From NCBI RefSeq assembly GCF_009914755.1, contig NC_060936.1: 64,000 bases of DNA, one strand, 5' to 3'. The notes below the pieces were generated by a model. The model did not search any database and was not told the DNA's origin. It was given only the letters and a program-made list of their open reading frames with translations. The position numbers and the translations under genes are program-made. Source of the DNA: the human T2T-CHM13v2.0 reference genome, Homo sapiens. Within the stretch, counting starts at the first letter, position 1. Each line of letters opens with the position of its first letter. Below, piece by piece: positions 1 through 27,374 of the stretch.

Positions 1-388
<388 letters not shown>

Positions 389-473
389 TGAATAAAGTCA
401 AAACACCTATGGGGTAAAAATTCCTCATTCTGAAGGCACCAGGTAAAGATTATGCTCTTTGGAGAGACAAGAT

Positions 474-1668
474 AGAAACTGCCATTGCAAAATTATAACT
501 GAGAAAATTATGACAGTAAAGGAGATCTGAGCTAACCAACTCCATCTTGCTTCAAGCTATCCAATTTGACTCCTGGGTGTACGTAGAACTAACTCAGGGA
601 GGAACTCAATTTATAGTTTAACTTTCCCCAAACAAACTTCCTTCCTGCTTGGGGACTAGACTGCCTTTGTAGGACTAAAAAATTCGCCACGAGATCAGAA
701 ATTATGGTTTAGGAGTTATGCAGCTGGAGGCTACAAGATTCTGACTGTCCTCAAATTTCTCCTGGGGATAACATTACTATTGTAAAACATAAGATTAGTG
801 CTTGAGACATTTTGCAGACCGTACACTTGATGGATCAGCTGGCACTACCTAGCTTGGTAAACTGGCTCATCTAATCTTGTAGCCCCCGCCCAGGACCTGA
901 CTCAAGCAAAAGGACAGCTTTGACTCCCTGTGATTTCATCTCTGACCCAACCAATCAGCACTTGCAACCCACTGGCTTCCCCACCCACCAATTTATCCTT
1001 AAAAACTCTGATCACCACGAGGTCAGAAGTTTGAGACCAGCCTGGCCAATGTGGTGAAACTCCATCTCTACTAAAAATACAAAAATCAGCCATGCATGGT
1101 GGAGCACACCTGTAGTCCCAGCTACTCAGGAGGCTGAGTCAGAAGAATTGCTTGAACCTGGGAGGCAGAGATTGCAGTGAGCCGAGATCGTGCCACTGCA
1201 CTTCAGCCTGGGCAACAAAGTGAGACTCCATCTCAAAAAAAAAATAAAAAATAAAAAACAAAACTCTGATCACCAAATACTCGAATGCTTGGGGAGACTG
1301 ATTTGAGTAATAATAAAACTCTGATTTCCCACACAGCCAGGTCTTCATGAATAATTCTTTCTCAGGCTGGGCGCCATGGCTCATGCCTATAATCCCAGCA
1401 CTTTGGGAGGCTGACACAGGTGGATCGCTTGAGCTTAGGAGCCTGGGCAACATGGCGAAACCCTGTCTCTACTGAAAACACAAAAATTAGTGGGGTGTGG
1501 TGGTGTGCACCTGTGGTCCCAGCTACTTGGGAGGCTTATATGAGAGGATCACTTGAACCTGGGAGATGGAGGTTGCAATGAGTTGAGATCATGCCACTGC
1601 ACTCCAGCCTGGGCGACAGAGTGAGACTGTCGAGGCAGCGAGCAAGGTGAACCCACTGGGTGGTTACA
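474..1668 (+). mobile_element. LTR8-family solo LTR interrupted by two Alus (~1018-1260, ~1365-1628)
   Basis: Starts gaaactgccattgcaaaattataactgag, ends gcaaggtgaacccactgggtggttaca; 4-bp TSD agat at 470-473 and 1669-1672. Confidence 0.8.
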
Positions 1669-2297
1669 AGATGGCACAGAGTTTATAAGTAGAAATTCTC
1701 TTGACTGCACAGCTTTCCATAGTCTAGCAATGTGCCCTTGGGAAAATGTATTCATCTCTTCGAGCTCAATGTCTTCACCTGTACAATGGTGTTCTGGTGA
1801 AGATCAAGTGAGATAAGGCACACTTAGCAAAATGCCTGGCACATGGCACAAAATTTTGTATTCCTCTTCAGATGTTTATTTCATAAGTATATGGACTCCT
1901 ACTATCAGTCAGTTTGACCAGAGAAACATAAACACTATGAGTAACAGAGTATGGTTTACGATAGAGATTATGAGGATTTATCATAGGGATTAGAGTATAG
2001 ACAGTTGTGGGAGCTGTTGGAGAGGTCTACACAAGGCTGTCGCCTTGGGTTGTGGGTTGTGTAGGGTCTGAAGTCACCCAGGCTGGCAGTCAGGAAGGCT
2101 GAATGTAAAGTAGGGAAGAGCAAGACTTGGGATCCATATGGATAGACTAGAAATCACAAGGACAAGCAATGACATTGGGCGACCTGCAGGAGAAGCTGTT
2201 GCCCTCTGCCACAGAACCACCCAATCACCTGGCCCAGGTCTAAGAAAAGCTGAAGGAGGAGATATGGTAGGAGCTTGAGGGGCCGTGGATACCACCG

Positions 2298-3356
<1,059 letters not shown>

Positions 3357-4068
3357 AATGCCACCCTGCCCCACCCCAGCAAGGCCAGCTAGGGAATCAG
3401 CAACAATAACGCCTCACTGCAATAACGCCTGCCACTATAGCCTTACTTTCAGCACAAAGAAAATGGCAGATGCTTCACTTGTGGCTTCTAAAACTTGTTC
3501 ATGTTTCTTCTGTGGTCAACTGCAACTCAGAATCATTCAGGGAAGGAAGCTGGGACACTTAGTTTGAATTTATCCAAGTCGACAGAGTACAAAGCCATCA
3601 CACTTTTGTATTACTTATAACCCTGGCTACTTTAGTCTGAAACTAAAAACTTGGAGGCAAAAAACACACAGCATAACATTCAGACTTTTTAAGCCCAAGA
3701 CTTTTATTTTGAAATTCGGGGACTTCTTTTTTTTTTTTTTTTGAGACGGAGTTTCGCTCTGTCGCCATCTCGGCTCACTGCAAGCTCTGCCTCCCGGGTT
3801 CACGCCATTCTCCTGCCTCAGCCTCCCGAGTAGCTGGGACCACACGCGCCCGCCACCACGCCTGGCTAATTTTTTGTATTTTTTCAGTAGAGACAGGGTT
3901 TCGCCGTGTTAGCCAGGATGGCCTCGATCTCCTCATCTCGTGATCTGCCTGCCTCAGCCTCCGAAAGTGCTGGGATTACAGACGTGAGCCACCACACCCG
4001 GCCCGAAATTCGGGGACTTCTAACAGCAAAGCCAGTTACCTTCTCATTTCTGTGAGATGAATTCATAG

Positions 4069-5180
4069 TGAAGGAGTGAAGGATGTGCCACTCCAAAATC
4101 TGCTGAATTAGTATACTGATTATTTAAGCTAAAGACACTTTAGAAACTGTAGTTGCAGAAAGGGCGAGCTAGCCAGGCATGGTGGCACACGCCTGTGCCA
4201 CAGCTACTCCGAAGGTTGAGGTGGAAGGATCACTTGAGCCCAGGAGTTTGAGGTTGCAGTGAGCCGTGATCGTGCCACTGCACTCCAGCCTTGGCAAAAG
4301 AGTGAGACACTGTCAAGAAGAAAGGAAAGAAAGGGCCAGGTGCGGTGGGTCATGCCTCTATTCCTAGCACTTTGGGAGGCCAAGGCGGGTGGATCGTTTT
4401 TGAGCTCAGGAGTTCAAGACCAGCCTGGGCAACACAGTGAAACCCCATCTCTACAAAAAATACAAAAATTAGCTGGGTGTGGCGGCATGCACTGTGGTCC
4501 CAGCTACTCGGGAGGCTGAGGTGGGAGGATTGCTTGAACCCGGGAGGCAGGGAGACACAGGTTCCAGTGAGTCAAGACCATGCCATGCTGCTGCACTCCA
4601 GCCTGGGAGACACAGCAAGACCCTGACTCAAAAAAAAAAAAAAAAAAAAAGAAAAAAAAAAGAAAAAGAAAAGAAAGTGAGAGAGAAAGAAAAAAAGAAA
4701 GAGGTAGCTGACCTGTCCTTTTCTACCTGTTACAATCCATAAAAATTCCTTTGAGGAGAATGCTTCTTTGTACCAGGGTGAGAAAACAACCCCTATCTCC
4801 AGAGACTGGGAACTGATGCTCCAACAGGCCTGTATAAATAAACTTACTAAACTAACCCTTATCTTCCACTAGCTTTACACCTCTCCATAAATCTCCTAGT
4901 GACTGCCCTAGAATTTACTACTCCGGCCCAGATCCCTTTGTCTTGTCATTTCTTCACAAATTTATCATTCTTTATCTGAAAAGTAAAAAATCTTCCTACT
5001 TTTGTCATTTCTTTGAGTCTTCACTCTCTTGTGAGGGTCCCCATGTACATGCAAAAATTAATAAAACATGTATGCTCTTCTCTTTTTGATGTCTTGTGTC
5101 AATTTGATTTCTGGACCCTACTTAAGAAAGTCCTACTTAAGAACTAAGATGAGTAGAGGTGACTTTTAGGCCCTCCTACA
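4069..5180 (+). mobile_element. MER34/MER31-group solo LTR containing Alu insertions
   Basis: TG...CA termini (tgaaggagtg...ctcctaca), perfect 4-bp TSD atag at 4065-4068 and 5181-5184, internal aataaa. Confidence 0.7.
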
Positions 5181-5635
5181 ATAGTTCAGAAAACAACAAG
5201 TATGGTGGTGGTGCTGGTAGTCCTAGCTACTTGGGATGCTGAGGTGAGGAATCACTTGAGCCCGGGAGTTTGAGGTTGCAGGGGAGCTATGATTGCACCA
5301 CTGCACTTCAGCCTGGGCAACAGAGCAAGACCCTGACTCTTAAATTTAAAAAAAAATTTGTTTGCTTCAAAAGATGTAATTTTGAATGAATTATATATCG
5401 CACTAAATAGAAATTTGTTCAGATAAAAACTATCAAACTCTTGTGCAGATTTGGCCTGAGGGATGGCGGGATCTGAGCAAATCTCAGTGGGTTGTGACAG
5501 CGTGTGTGGCTTGATAGTTTCCTTGTTTGATTCTCACATAGTGCCCACCCACAGACAGCTTTTTTTTTTTTAAAGATGGAGTTTCGCTCTTGTCACCCTG
5601 CTGGGTTCAAGCGATTCTCCTGCCTCAGCCTCTGA

Positions 5636-5827
<192 letters not shown>

Positions 5828-6582
5828 TAGTAGAGACAGGGTTTCACCATGTTGGCCAGGATGGTCTCGATCTTCTAACCTCGTGATCCACCCACCTCAG
5901 CCTCCCAAAGTGCTGGGATTACAGGCGTGAGCCACTGTGCCCAGACAGCAGAGTAGTTTCTTGATGGCCAGGGGTGCTGTCTTAATTTGGAACTGGCTGG
6001 AAACCCTGTTGCTGATCATCTGAAGCTTGATGGTCTCTAGGCGAGAGAAAATGAATTTGGTTAAAAGATTTAATGGGAATTTCAGGGGTGGATACCTATG
6101 CTGTCAGGGATATTATAGGAATGAATTAAAACATTCTGTTGGCCGGGCGCAGTGTCTCACACCTGTAATTCTAGCACTTTGGGAGGCAGAGGCGGGTGGA
6201 TCATGAGGTCAGGAGATCTAGACCATCCTGGCTAACCCGGTGAAACCCTGTCTCTACTAAAAATACAAAAAATTAGCCAGGGTTGGTGGTGGGCGCCTGT
6301 AGTCCCAGCTACTCAGGAGGCTGGGCGTGAACCCAGGAGGCAGAGCTTGCAGTGAGCCAAGATCACACCACTGCACTCCAGCCTCGGCGACAGTGCGAGA
6401 CTCCATCTCAAAAACAAAACAACACAAAACAAAAACAACGTTCTGTTTAGGCCGGGCGTGGTGGCTCACGCCTGTAATCCCACCACTTTGGGAGGCCGAG
6501 GCAGGCGATCACAAGGTCAAGAGATCAAGACCATCCTGGCCAACATGGTGAAACCCTGTCTCTACTAAAAATACAAAAATTA

Positions 6583-6816
<234 letters not shown>

Positions 6817-6909
6817 CTACTGTTATCCAGCCTACAGTAACGATGCAACAAAACACCAAGGAAAATTGGTAGGCTTCTTCTTCTCTTTTGGCTGCCTTCT
6901 AAACAGGTA

Positions 6910-11859
<4,950 letters not shown>

Positions 11860-11860
<1 letters not shown>

Positions 11861-12240
11861 AGCAGGTTAGCCTGTTTATTAATGTGGTCTGGGACATTGT
11901 ATTTTTGACTATTAGCAATTTCACTGGGTGATGCTTAAATTGTAGTAGTGCCCCTATTTTAACCATAATATCTCTTCCCAACAGGAGGACTGGGCAGCTT
12001 GGTACTACTAGAAATTCCTGTTGGAAAAATTGTTTCTCAAATTGACAAATCAAAGGAGGAGTGAAGAAGCTTGTTTGTGGCCTTCCTTCCATTCCCATAA
12101 CACTCATTGACTGGGAGGAAGGTTTTCCTGCACAAGCAGTAAGGACAGACTAATTTGCTCCTGTATCAAAAAGAAACTGAATTTGGGGGCCCATCACAGC
12201 CAGAGTTACCCGGGGCTCCTCATCTAATTCCTCCTTTTGT
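11860..12240 (-). pseudogene. ERV protease remnant
   Basis: FLFDTGA catalytic motif (DTG at 12159-12167) and LLGRD motif (ORF 11859-12107). Confidence 0.88.
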
Positions 12241-12244
12241 ACTG

Positions 12245-12507
12245 CTAGAGCTTTGACTGACTGAGCCCCTCAGTGGGAACTGGGGCAGTCAATCCTCCAG
12301 TGCCAGGGGTCATAACCAGTACCCTCACGTTTTTGGCAAGGGCCTGGCATATGCTTAGTACAATTCTTTGCACAATGCCCAGCTTTCTTGCATTTGAAGC
12401 AAGAGCCCTTGCTGGCATTATCCTTATGGCTCTTCTGGTTTCCTTTGGACACTCTTTGGGCATTCACAGCATCGCCAATGATGGCTTCCATAATTTTGGC
12501 TTGCCAT

Positions 12508-12540
<33 letters not shown>

Positions 12541-14023
12541 AGACAGAGTTTCACTTTTCTTGCCCAGGCTGGAGTGCAATGGCACAATCTTGGCTCACCG
12601 CAACCTCCGCCTCCTGGGTTCAAGTGATTCTCCTGCCTCAGTCTCCTGAGTAGCTGAGATTACAGGCATGTGCCAGCAGGCTTAGCTAATTTTGTATTTT
12701 TAGTAGAGACGGGGTTACTCCATGTCGGTCAGGCTGGTCTTGAACTCCCAACCTCAGGTGATCCGCCTGCCTCGGCCTCCCAAAGTGCTGGAATTACGGG
12801 TGTGATCCACTGTGCCCAGCCTGCTTGCCGTTTTATTTTGCTCCCTTTTTCCTTCCACCAGGTCACGATTGTTATAAACCATAAAGGTGGTATCAAGAAG
12901 CTGATTTTGATTAGTTTGTGGCCCCATCTGTAGTTTTTGGAGCTTATGTCTAACGGCTGGGGCAGATTGGCTAATGAAATGCTGTGCCATTCCTATTTTG
13001 CCTTTGGGAGAAGAAGGGTCCAGATTAGTGTATTTGTTAAAAGCTTCCTCCAGCCTGCCATGAAACATGGCTGAATTTTCCTCCTTTCCCTGTGTAACCT
13101 CCCTTACTTTATCATAATTTACTGCTTTAGTTATTCCCTTTCTCATTCCTCCAAGGAGAGCCTAAAGAAATTTAGCCCAGTTGTTCATTCCCATGGGTGT
13201 GTTATAGTCCCAGTTAGGATCAGTAGTAGGGACTGTGTCTGGTCCTGGGTGATTGCCCTGAGGGTTTCGGGCAAATAAATTGTCTGCTTCCTGGCGGGCA
13301 GCCTCAAGGATGTGTTCCTTTTCAAAGGAGGTGTAACAGATTGCTAGAATGAATTGAGCGTCCCTCCATGAGAGATCAAAGGCTAAGGTCAAAGTCTGGA
13401 GCCCATCTATGAATTTCCTGGGATTCTCAGAACAGCTTCCTCACTTTCCCTTATGTTATTGTATATTAGTTATAGAGAAGGGGACCTGCACTAGGACTGG
13501 CCCCTTGGCTTCTGCTACTTCCTAAGGGGTAGCAGGGCTGGAGGGAGAGTTGAATGTGCTGTTCCCCTCCGAGTGTGAGGGGGACTGAGTAGGGTCCCCA
13601 GTGTTTGGGTTTTAGCCTCAGGAACACTTGGCAAGCGGCTATATGGAGGCAGTTGCTGTTCACCCTGAGAGACAGGTGGCCCTTGTAAAAGGGGGTCATC
13701 TATAATATCTAGTTCTGCCTTTGGACTTCCCTGTGGGGGAATTATTAGGTTTTGGTATAGGGCCATGAAGGCCTATACATATGGGATTTCTGACCATTTG
13801 CCCTGCCTTTTAAAAAATAGGTCTAATTGCAGGATGGTGTCATAATTAAGGCTACTATTGACCACCCATTGTTCCAGGCTGGGGAGCTTATAATGGGGAC
13901 AAACAGTATTGGAGAAACAAAAATCATACGTTTTCTCTTTAGATTGTCAGGGTCAAATTGATTTCAATCCCAGAGGATGCAGCCAAGTGGGGAATCAGGT
14001 GGAATTGATGGAGAGTTGCCCAT
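12245..14023 (-). pseudogene. ERV gag remnant
   Basis: ATG at 14023 giving MGNSPS (myristoylation-type start), capsid/MHR VTQGKEENSAMFHGRLEEAF, nucleocapsid knuckle [14 protein letters not shown]. Confidence 0.9.
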
Positions 14024-14945
14024 AGTGGTCTAGAAAAGAGAAGAGAACTTTGAAAAGTTGAGGGCTCATTAAGTAACCGAAATTTTAGCTGGGGTATCCC
14101 CCTGGAAAAATTCTGGCCCCTGATTGGGGTTCCCAGGGGGCATACCCTTAAGGGCCCCATCTTAGCCTGTCAGATGTCGCTAAACTCACATGGGTGCTAG
14201 CACCACTTTGGAATGGTTCCCTCCACCACTGATGGCCCACTATGAGCTTTCCCTCTTGTCCCTGGATGAAGGCCTTGACTTCTAGAATTAATTTGTAGTC
14301 AAACCTTTGGATTTTTTTTCCTATCCCACTTAAAACAATTATTTAACTCTCTACATTTAGGCAAGATTAAATTGTATATAAATTCCCTCTTATGAATCCA
14401 CCCCCATGACTCACACAGACCATCTACAACATGCCCAAGCCCTCTGACTTGTCCTTAGCCAGTCGAGTAGGGAAGGAAAGAATTCAGCATAAGGAAAGAA
14501 GGTTTAAGTCACCTGAAACATGTATGAGTTAGCCCCGGGTGAGCTTCCACTGCCAATTACGTCACACATAGGGATCAGGGACTATAACCAGAAAAGATAG
14601 AAAAGAGTCCTTCCCCGTTCCAGGCAAGGCAGCCATCCCCATTCACTCCTTGGCCTTCAGGTTACACCAGAGACTGGCCCCAGCCAGTTGCCTTCAATTA
14701 CCAACAGTCTACTAGAAAATGGCCGCTGAAAGACCGAAAAAGTAAAGGACTTGGTCTCAAGCCAGTTGGTGGCGGTCAGGCGCTTCCACATGGAAACCTT
14801 TCAGTTTCACTGGAGAGTGGCCCTGGCCAGAAACATGCTGTTGCCTCCATGCTTAGGCGCTGTCCACCAAGGATCCCAAATTGGAAAGGAAGAGAGAAAG
14901 AGAAAGAGGAAAAAGAGAAAAATAAATCCCAAACTTTGGGCTTAC

Positions 14946-14963
14946 CTCCTGGCTGGCTCACCA
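14946..14963 (-). promoter_or_regulatory. Retroviral primer-binding site for tRNA-Arg
   Basis: Minus strand TGGTGAGCCAGCCAGGAG, 5 nt inside the LTR end; 17/18 match to the tRNA-Arg(ACG) PBS as I recall it (TGGCGAGCCAGCCAGGAG); followed directly by a splice donor G|GTAAG. Confidence 0.8.
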
Positions 14964-14968
14964 AAATA

Positions 14969-15680
<712 letters not shown>

Positions 15681-16423
15681 AATCTAGAGGCAGAAAAGTG
15701 GTGTTTTCATTCAAGAATGAGGGCTGAGCTGGGCACAGTGGCTTTTGCCTGTAGTCCCAGCTATGCAGGAGGCTGAGATGGAAGGTTTGCTGAGCCCAGG
15801 AGTTCAAGACCAGCCTGGGCAACATAGCAAGGCTCCATCTCTAAAAAGTAAAAGAACAATAAGGTCTGAATGGCATGACAATGAGGTTAAGTGAAGCTAC
15901 TAAGATTAAGTCTTCAGTGGCTTTAGTTAACTTTGCAGCTGTAAGTACCCAAAGAGGGTAGGCAACTGCTACGGGGCCAAATGAGAAGATGTAACAAGAA
16001 ACGGGTCTTTGATGTCCATCATGCTGTTAACACCTCTAAAATTTCTCCTGATTTTTTATACACAAATAGAAAGTAGAGTTTATAACAATTAGGGAATTCA
16101 AGGGTAGTGAGTTTATTTGGGACAAGAACTCAGGTGTGTCAACTAGTTTTGATTATAGAAAGGGGGAGCCAGTATAGACAAATTCAGAATCCAGTGTCTA
16201 CAATATCACGAGTCCAAGAAATTCTCTAAATTATGTTCTGGTAATTGGCCAGGTAAAATCATAAAGAGCTTCCTTTCTCTGAAGGAAAAGAGATTTTCCC
16301 TTTTGCATGATGATGTCATGATCAAGATAATTCACTTTAGTCTGATAAAACTGGATTTATGGCCGGGCACAGTGGCTCACACCTGTAATCCCAGCACCTC
16401 GGGAGGTCGAGGTGGGTAGATCA

Positions 16424-16666
<243 letters not shown>

Positions 16667-16969
16667 TTATCCTTTGAGAAGTTATGTCCCTAATTCTTCA
16701 AGATTTGGCCGGGCACCGTGGCTCACACCTGTAATCCCTGCACTTTGGGTGGCTGAGGCAGGACAGCTTGAGCCCAGGAGTTTGAGACCAGATTGGGCAA
16801 CATGGTGTAATCCTGTCTCTTAAAAATATATATATAAAATAAAAATTCTTCAAGATCTTCTATCTGGAGAGCATAAGAGAAGATCCATTAATTATATAAG
16901 AGTTTCATCATCTCTGAATTCTGTAAGGAGATAAACTCATGGATAGAGATTACAGTATCCATCCTATAA

Positions 16970-17101
<132 letters not shown>

Positions 17102-17545
17102 TGAGACTACAGGCATGTGCCACCACGCCCTGCTAATTTTTGTATTTTTAATAGAGATGGGGTTTCACCATATTGGCCAGGCTAGTCTTGAACTCCTGAC
17201 CCCGTGATCCACCCATTTTGGCCTCCCAAAGTGCTGGGATTACAGGCGTGAGCCACTGCACCAGGCCTCCATCCTATAAATTCTTAAAATAATCCTAAAT
17301 CCTTCAGTGAATTTTTCTCTTTACGTAGGAGGATTTAGAAGGTTCTTAACTAGATTATGCAAACCTGAAATTGACCAAGGTTTAAAACAATAAGCTTAGC
17401 TAAGTTGGTTGTCATCATCACTTAGGTGTAAGGCATCACGAAGGGATACTGTCCAGTGAAAGGGGGGTGTTTAGGAAGGAGTAATGGAGGAAAGCGAAGA
17501 GGACCTAAAGAAGACACAGCAGGAAGGGAATGAGTCAAAGAAAGG

Positions 17546-19289
<1,744 letters not shown>

Positions 19290-19978
19290 GAAAGGCAGGA
19301 GGAAGTTGAGGGCCAGGGGTCTAGGATGTAAGTTAATCCCGGGTTAGGCAAGAGATGGAGAAGAGATTTAAACGTTGGCTTTTAGGTCCTCTATATTTTT
19401 ATTGGCCTTTTCTAATAAGTCCTTAATAGAAGCTATTTTAGAATTTTCCTTTGAGAGGACTCTTCCTGGTCATTTAAAAACGCTAATTATTGAATATCTG
19501 GGAACATTTAACCATTGACTGTAAGGTGCCAAAAACAGATTATCTTATTCACATCCAAAGTTCACCAGAACAGCCACTAAAGTTCTAGAATGTCCTTAGT
19601 AAGATTCTGCCATAGGATCCAATATTTAATTCTATTTACCGCACAACATTGAGCTCATATTCAAATAAAAAGAACAAAGAAGAAATAAATACACAGGCCC
19701 CAAAAATCTCTTGGAACTATGAGCCCAGGTCATCTGTGAGAACCTTGAGTAGTAAAAACAAATCATATCCAGAGGCTTATACCAAAGACAATAAAGGTAA
19801 CGAAGGCTTAAGTGGGGCTGGGCATAGTGGCCCACACCTGTAATCCCAGCACTTTGGGAGGGCCGATCACCTGAGGCCAGGAGTTCAAGACCAGCCTGAC
19901 CAATATGGTGAGACCCTGTCTCTACTAAAAATGCAACAATTAGCCAGGCGTGGTTGCCCGGACCTGTAGTCCCAGCTA

Positions 19979-20147
<169 letters not shown>

Positions 20148-20258
20148 TTAGAGGCTGAGGTGGGTGGATCACTTAAGCCCAGAAGTTCAAGAACAATCTG
20201 GGCAACATGGTAAAACCACATCTCTACAAAAAAATACAAAAATTAGCCAGGCGTGCTA

Positions 20259-20459
<201 letters not shown>

Positions 20460-20482
20460 TCAGCTGAGCAGTCCCTGTGACT

Positions 20483-21078
20483 TGTAAAGGAGAAATAAAA
20501 ACATCTTAGGACCCCCAAACTTGTTATGCAGCAGTGCTGGGTCATGCAGCACTGCTATCCTTTTCCCAAATAGACAGCTATTACTTTACAACCTGGTGTC
20601 AAAGCATCATACATTACCCAGACCCTCACAGAAAGGCAGAAGGTCTGATACCATCTCCACATGATGGCCCTCATAAATTTTTCCCAACTAAACTCTTTGC
20701 TGGCCTCAAAACCTTTCAAGATGTACATCCTCCCATAAAACAAGAACCATGTCCATTTTAACTTTAGGTCTACCATCTAAGTCTAGCTCCTAAAACTAAA
20801 GTTTGCTAGAGTCACACTGATAATGTCAATTACAAGCTGATCTTCCCAGGAGCAGAACAAATCATTCCTCCACCTACCGTGAGATGTTTGCATAATTGAT
20901 TCTTCCTCTACTCCCTTTTTCTCTGAATTCTTTATAATATAATCACCTTATCTGTATAAAATGTAGATTTACTGAGCTCTAATTAATTAATAGTTCCACA
21001 AAAGTATAACCATTTGCCTCACCACCCTACCCCCTCCTTCCCACATGCCTTCTCCCCTTTAAAGAAATGTATAAATAC
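20483..21078 (+). mobile_element. MER4-group LTR, truncated by THE1
   Basis: Starts tgtaaaggagaaataaaaacatcttaggacccccaaac; MER4-type body (cttatctgtataaaatgtagatttactgagc). Confidence 0.6.
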
Positions 21079-21445
21079 TGTATTAGTCCGTTTTCCCACT
21101 GCTATAAAGAACTGCCTGAGACTGGGTAATTTACAAAGAGATTGAATTGACTCATAGTTCCACATGGCTGGGGAGGCCTCAGGAAACTTACAATCACGAC
21201 AGAAGAAGGGGAAGCAAGCTACCTTCTTCAAAAGGTGGCAGGAAGAAGTGCTGAGCAAAGGGGGAAGAGTCCCTTATAAAACCATCACATCTCAAGATAA
21301 CTCACTCAATATCACGAGAACAGCATGGGGGAAACCACCCCCATAATCCAATTACCTCCACCTGGTCTCTCTCTTGACACATGGGGATTATAGGGATTAT
21401 AATTCAAGATGAGATTTGGGTGGGGAAACAGAGCCTAACCACATT
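21079..21445 (-). mobile_element. THE1 (MaLR) LTR
   Basis: tgtattagtccgttttc...ctgagactgggtaattta...gagatttgggtgggg...agagcctaaccaca. Confidence 0.85.
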
Positions 21446-22173
21446 TTACATATTTGATTTTTTAAAATATTTGATAACTTTCATTTTGAATTAATTTCCT
21501 TTGTAATCTCACATATTTTATTTTATGCATTCAAAAGATTATTCTGGCCAGGCATGGTGGCTCATGCCTGTAATCCCAGCACTTTAGGAGACCGAGACGG
21601 GTGGATCACTTGAGGTCAGGAGTTTCTGACCAGCCTGGCCAACATGGTGAAACCCTGTCTGTAATTAGCCGGGCTTGGTGGCCCATGCCTATAATCCCAA
21701 CTACTCAGGGAGGCTGAGGCATGAGAATCTCTTGAACCTGGAAGGCAGGGGTTGTCGCTGAGATCGTGCCACTGCATTCCAGCCTGGGTGACAGAGCAAG
21801 AATCCGTCTTAAAAAAAAAAAAAAAAAAAAAAAAAAGATTCTAAGAAGGTGTCCATGGGCTCTACCAAACTACCAAAGAGGTTTATGGTCAAAAAAACAG
21901 AGAAGAGTTCCTGCCCTCAGGAGTTATTTCTTTTTTTTTTTTTGCATGGTTGAAATTAAGTTACTGCCATTTCTACATTCCAATCCAAGCAAATGTAAGA
22001 AGAGTTTCACGGTAAGCCATTCCCTTAGGCAGAAGTTGCATATAACATTTCTGCTTATATGTCATTATGAGAACTGAAACTTGACAACATCTAGCTGCAA
22101 GAGAGACTTGGGGGAATATAATCTCTACTTACATTCCAAGTGACTACATACAAACTGACTTTGTACCCAGCTA

Positions 22174-22490
<317 letters not shown>

Positions 22491-23829
22491 CTATCTCAAA
22501 AAAAAAGGAAGAACGGGAAACAGATTATAGGGAGCAATCAAGAAAAGAAAAAGAACTAATGACCTCATTTACAACTTAAATGAATAGGCATTTTTTTTTG
22601 CAAACCAAAATAACTTTTACTATAGATATGTTAATGATGTCATTAAAACATTTTCTAAAACATATTTTATAAGTTTAAGAGTTAACAAGCCTTGGCCAGT
22701 TTCGGTGGCTCACGCCTGTAATCCCAGCACTGTGGGAGGCCAAGGCAGGTGGATCACAAGGTCAGCAGTTCAAGACAAGCCTGGCCAAGATGGTGAAACC
22801 CCATCTCTACTAAAAATACAAAAAATTCACCGGGCCTGGTGGCGGGTGCCTGTAATCCCAGCTACTCGGGAGGCTGAGGCAGAGAATTGCTTAAACCTGG
22901 GAGATGGAGGTTGCAGTGAGCCGAGATTTTGCCACTGCACTCCAGCCTGGGCGACAGAGCAAGACTCCGTCTCAAAAAAAAAAAGACTTAACAAGCCTTA
23001 AGGCTAAGTACTATGCTCATGAAAGACTCAGATAGCATCTAAGAGAGCCTTTGTTTTTGAATGCTGGGAAACATAGGGAGAGGATCCCGTAATTTATGAA
23101 AGGGAGCATAGTATGGAGCAATCTAATCTATGAGGGGAATCTTTCCCAAGCCTGACCAGTTGACAAGGCTTTCTGGCACACTAGGTTGTAAATCTCTTAG
23201 AGAGAAGACAGTGTAAAGCTTGGCTCTCGAGTAAACAAACTTTCAGGTCCATGAGATTGCATTCTCCCTTTGCAAGTTTCTTACTGGTGACCATTTAAGA
23301 CTACTCTATTGATGAATATCACTTGTACTTTAAGACTGTGCAAAGATCAAACACTTTTGGAAAAATCAGACAACCTTTACTTACCTAGCAGAGAGAGGAT
23401 AAAATCAGCACAAGTACAGACAAGGATACATGGCAGAGAGATCAGCTACTTTATCCCAAATGCTTCCCAGACATTAAATCCTAACGGACACTAAGCCCTC
23501 CTTAGGCTGTATAGGAGTGGGGTCCCTATCAGAATTTCCGGCAACAAAAGTCCCTCTCCTTGGGTTTGTTTTTACTTGCTGACCTGCGTGGCTAGGTGCT
23601 AGAAAATCCCTTATCTGAGCCAAGTGTGTCCAGCTATGTTCCAGGAACTGCTCCTAGTGAGGTATATGTACTAATTCATGTAACTATCTCAAAAATTAAA
23701 TAAGGTAAGTATTATTGTTATCCCCATTTTTCAGAAGAGCGAAAAAACAAAAAAATGAAGTGATTTTCCCACAAAGTTCTATCACTAGGGAGCTGCAAAA
23801 CAAGATTCAAACCTTGGGGCATACTTAAG

Positions 23830-25625
<1,796 letters not shown>

Positions 25626-25967
25626 CTCAAGCGCAAAGGAATAGTCTGCCCTCTTATGTCACAAGCACTAACTAACCACCTCTGCCCTTTCTCATCCCTT
25701 AATCATTCAGACGAGATTTCCTTGTTTACTTCCTCCTATAAAAACCCTAAGTCTATTTCACTTTCTTTGAAAAGATTCCTCTGCATTAATGGATGTTGTC
25801 CTTACTACAATAGCATGAAAAAAAAAAAAAGTCTCCTTAATGCAGCTTAGCAATTTTCCAGGCTTGATATCAGTGACTCCATCTTGGGCTATTGACTCCA
25901 TGCTGAGCTGCTGCTAAACTTTGAGGCCCACGAAGAAACTGTGAAAAATATTTCCTTCACAAACAAC

Positions 25968-27048
<1,081 letters not shown>

Positions 27049-27131
27049 TGATCCTCCCCAAAGTGCTGGGATTACAAGCATAAGCCACCACGCCTGATCC
27101 CCAATCTTTTTTTGTTTGTTTTGTTTCATGA

Positions 27132-27347
<216 letters not shown>

Positions 27348-27374
27348 TGATTCACCCACCTCAGCCTCCCAAAC

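Noticed and set aside
14946-14963. tRNA-Arg 3'-end-like sequence as a tRNA gene
   Set aside because: Only 18 nt including CCA, adjacent to an LTR: a primer-binding site.
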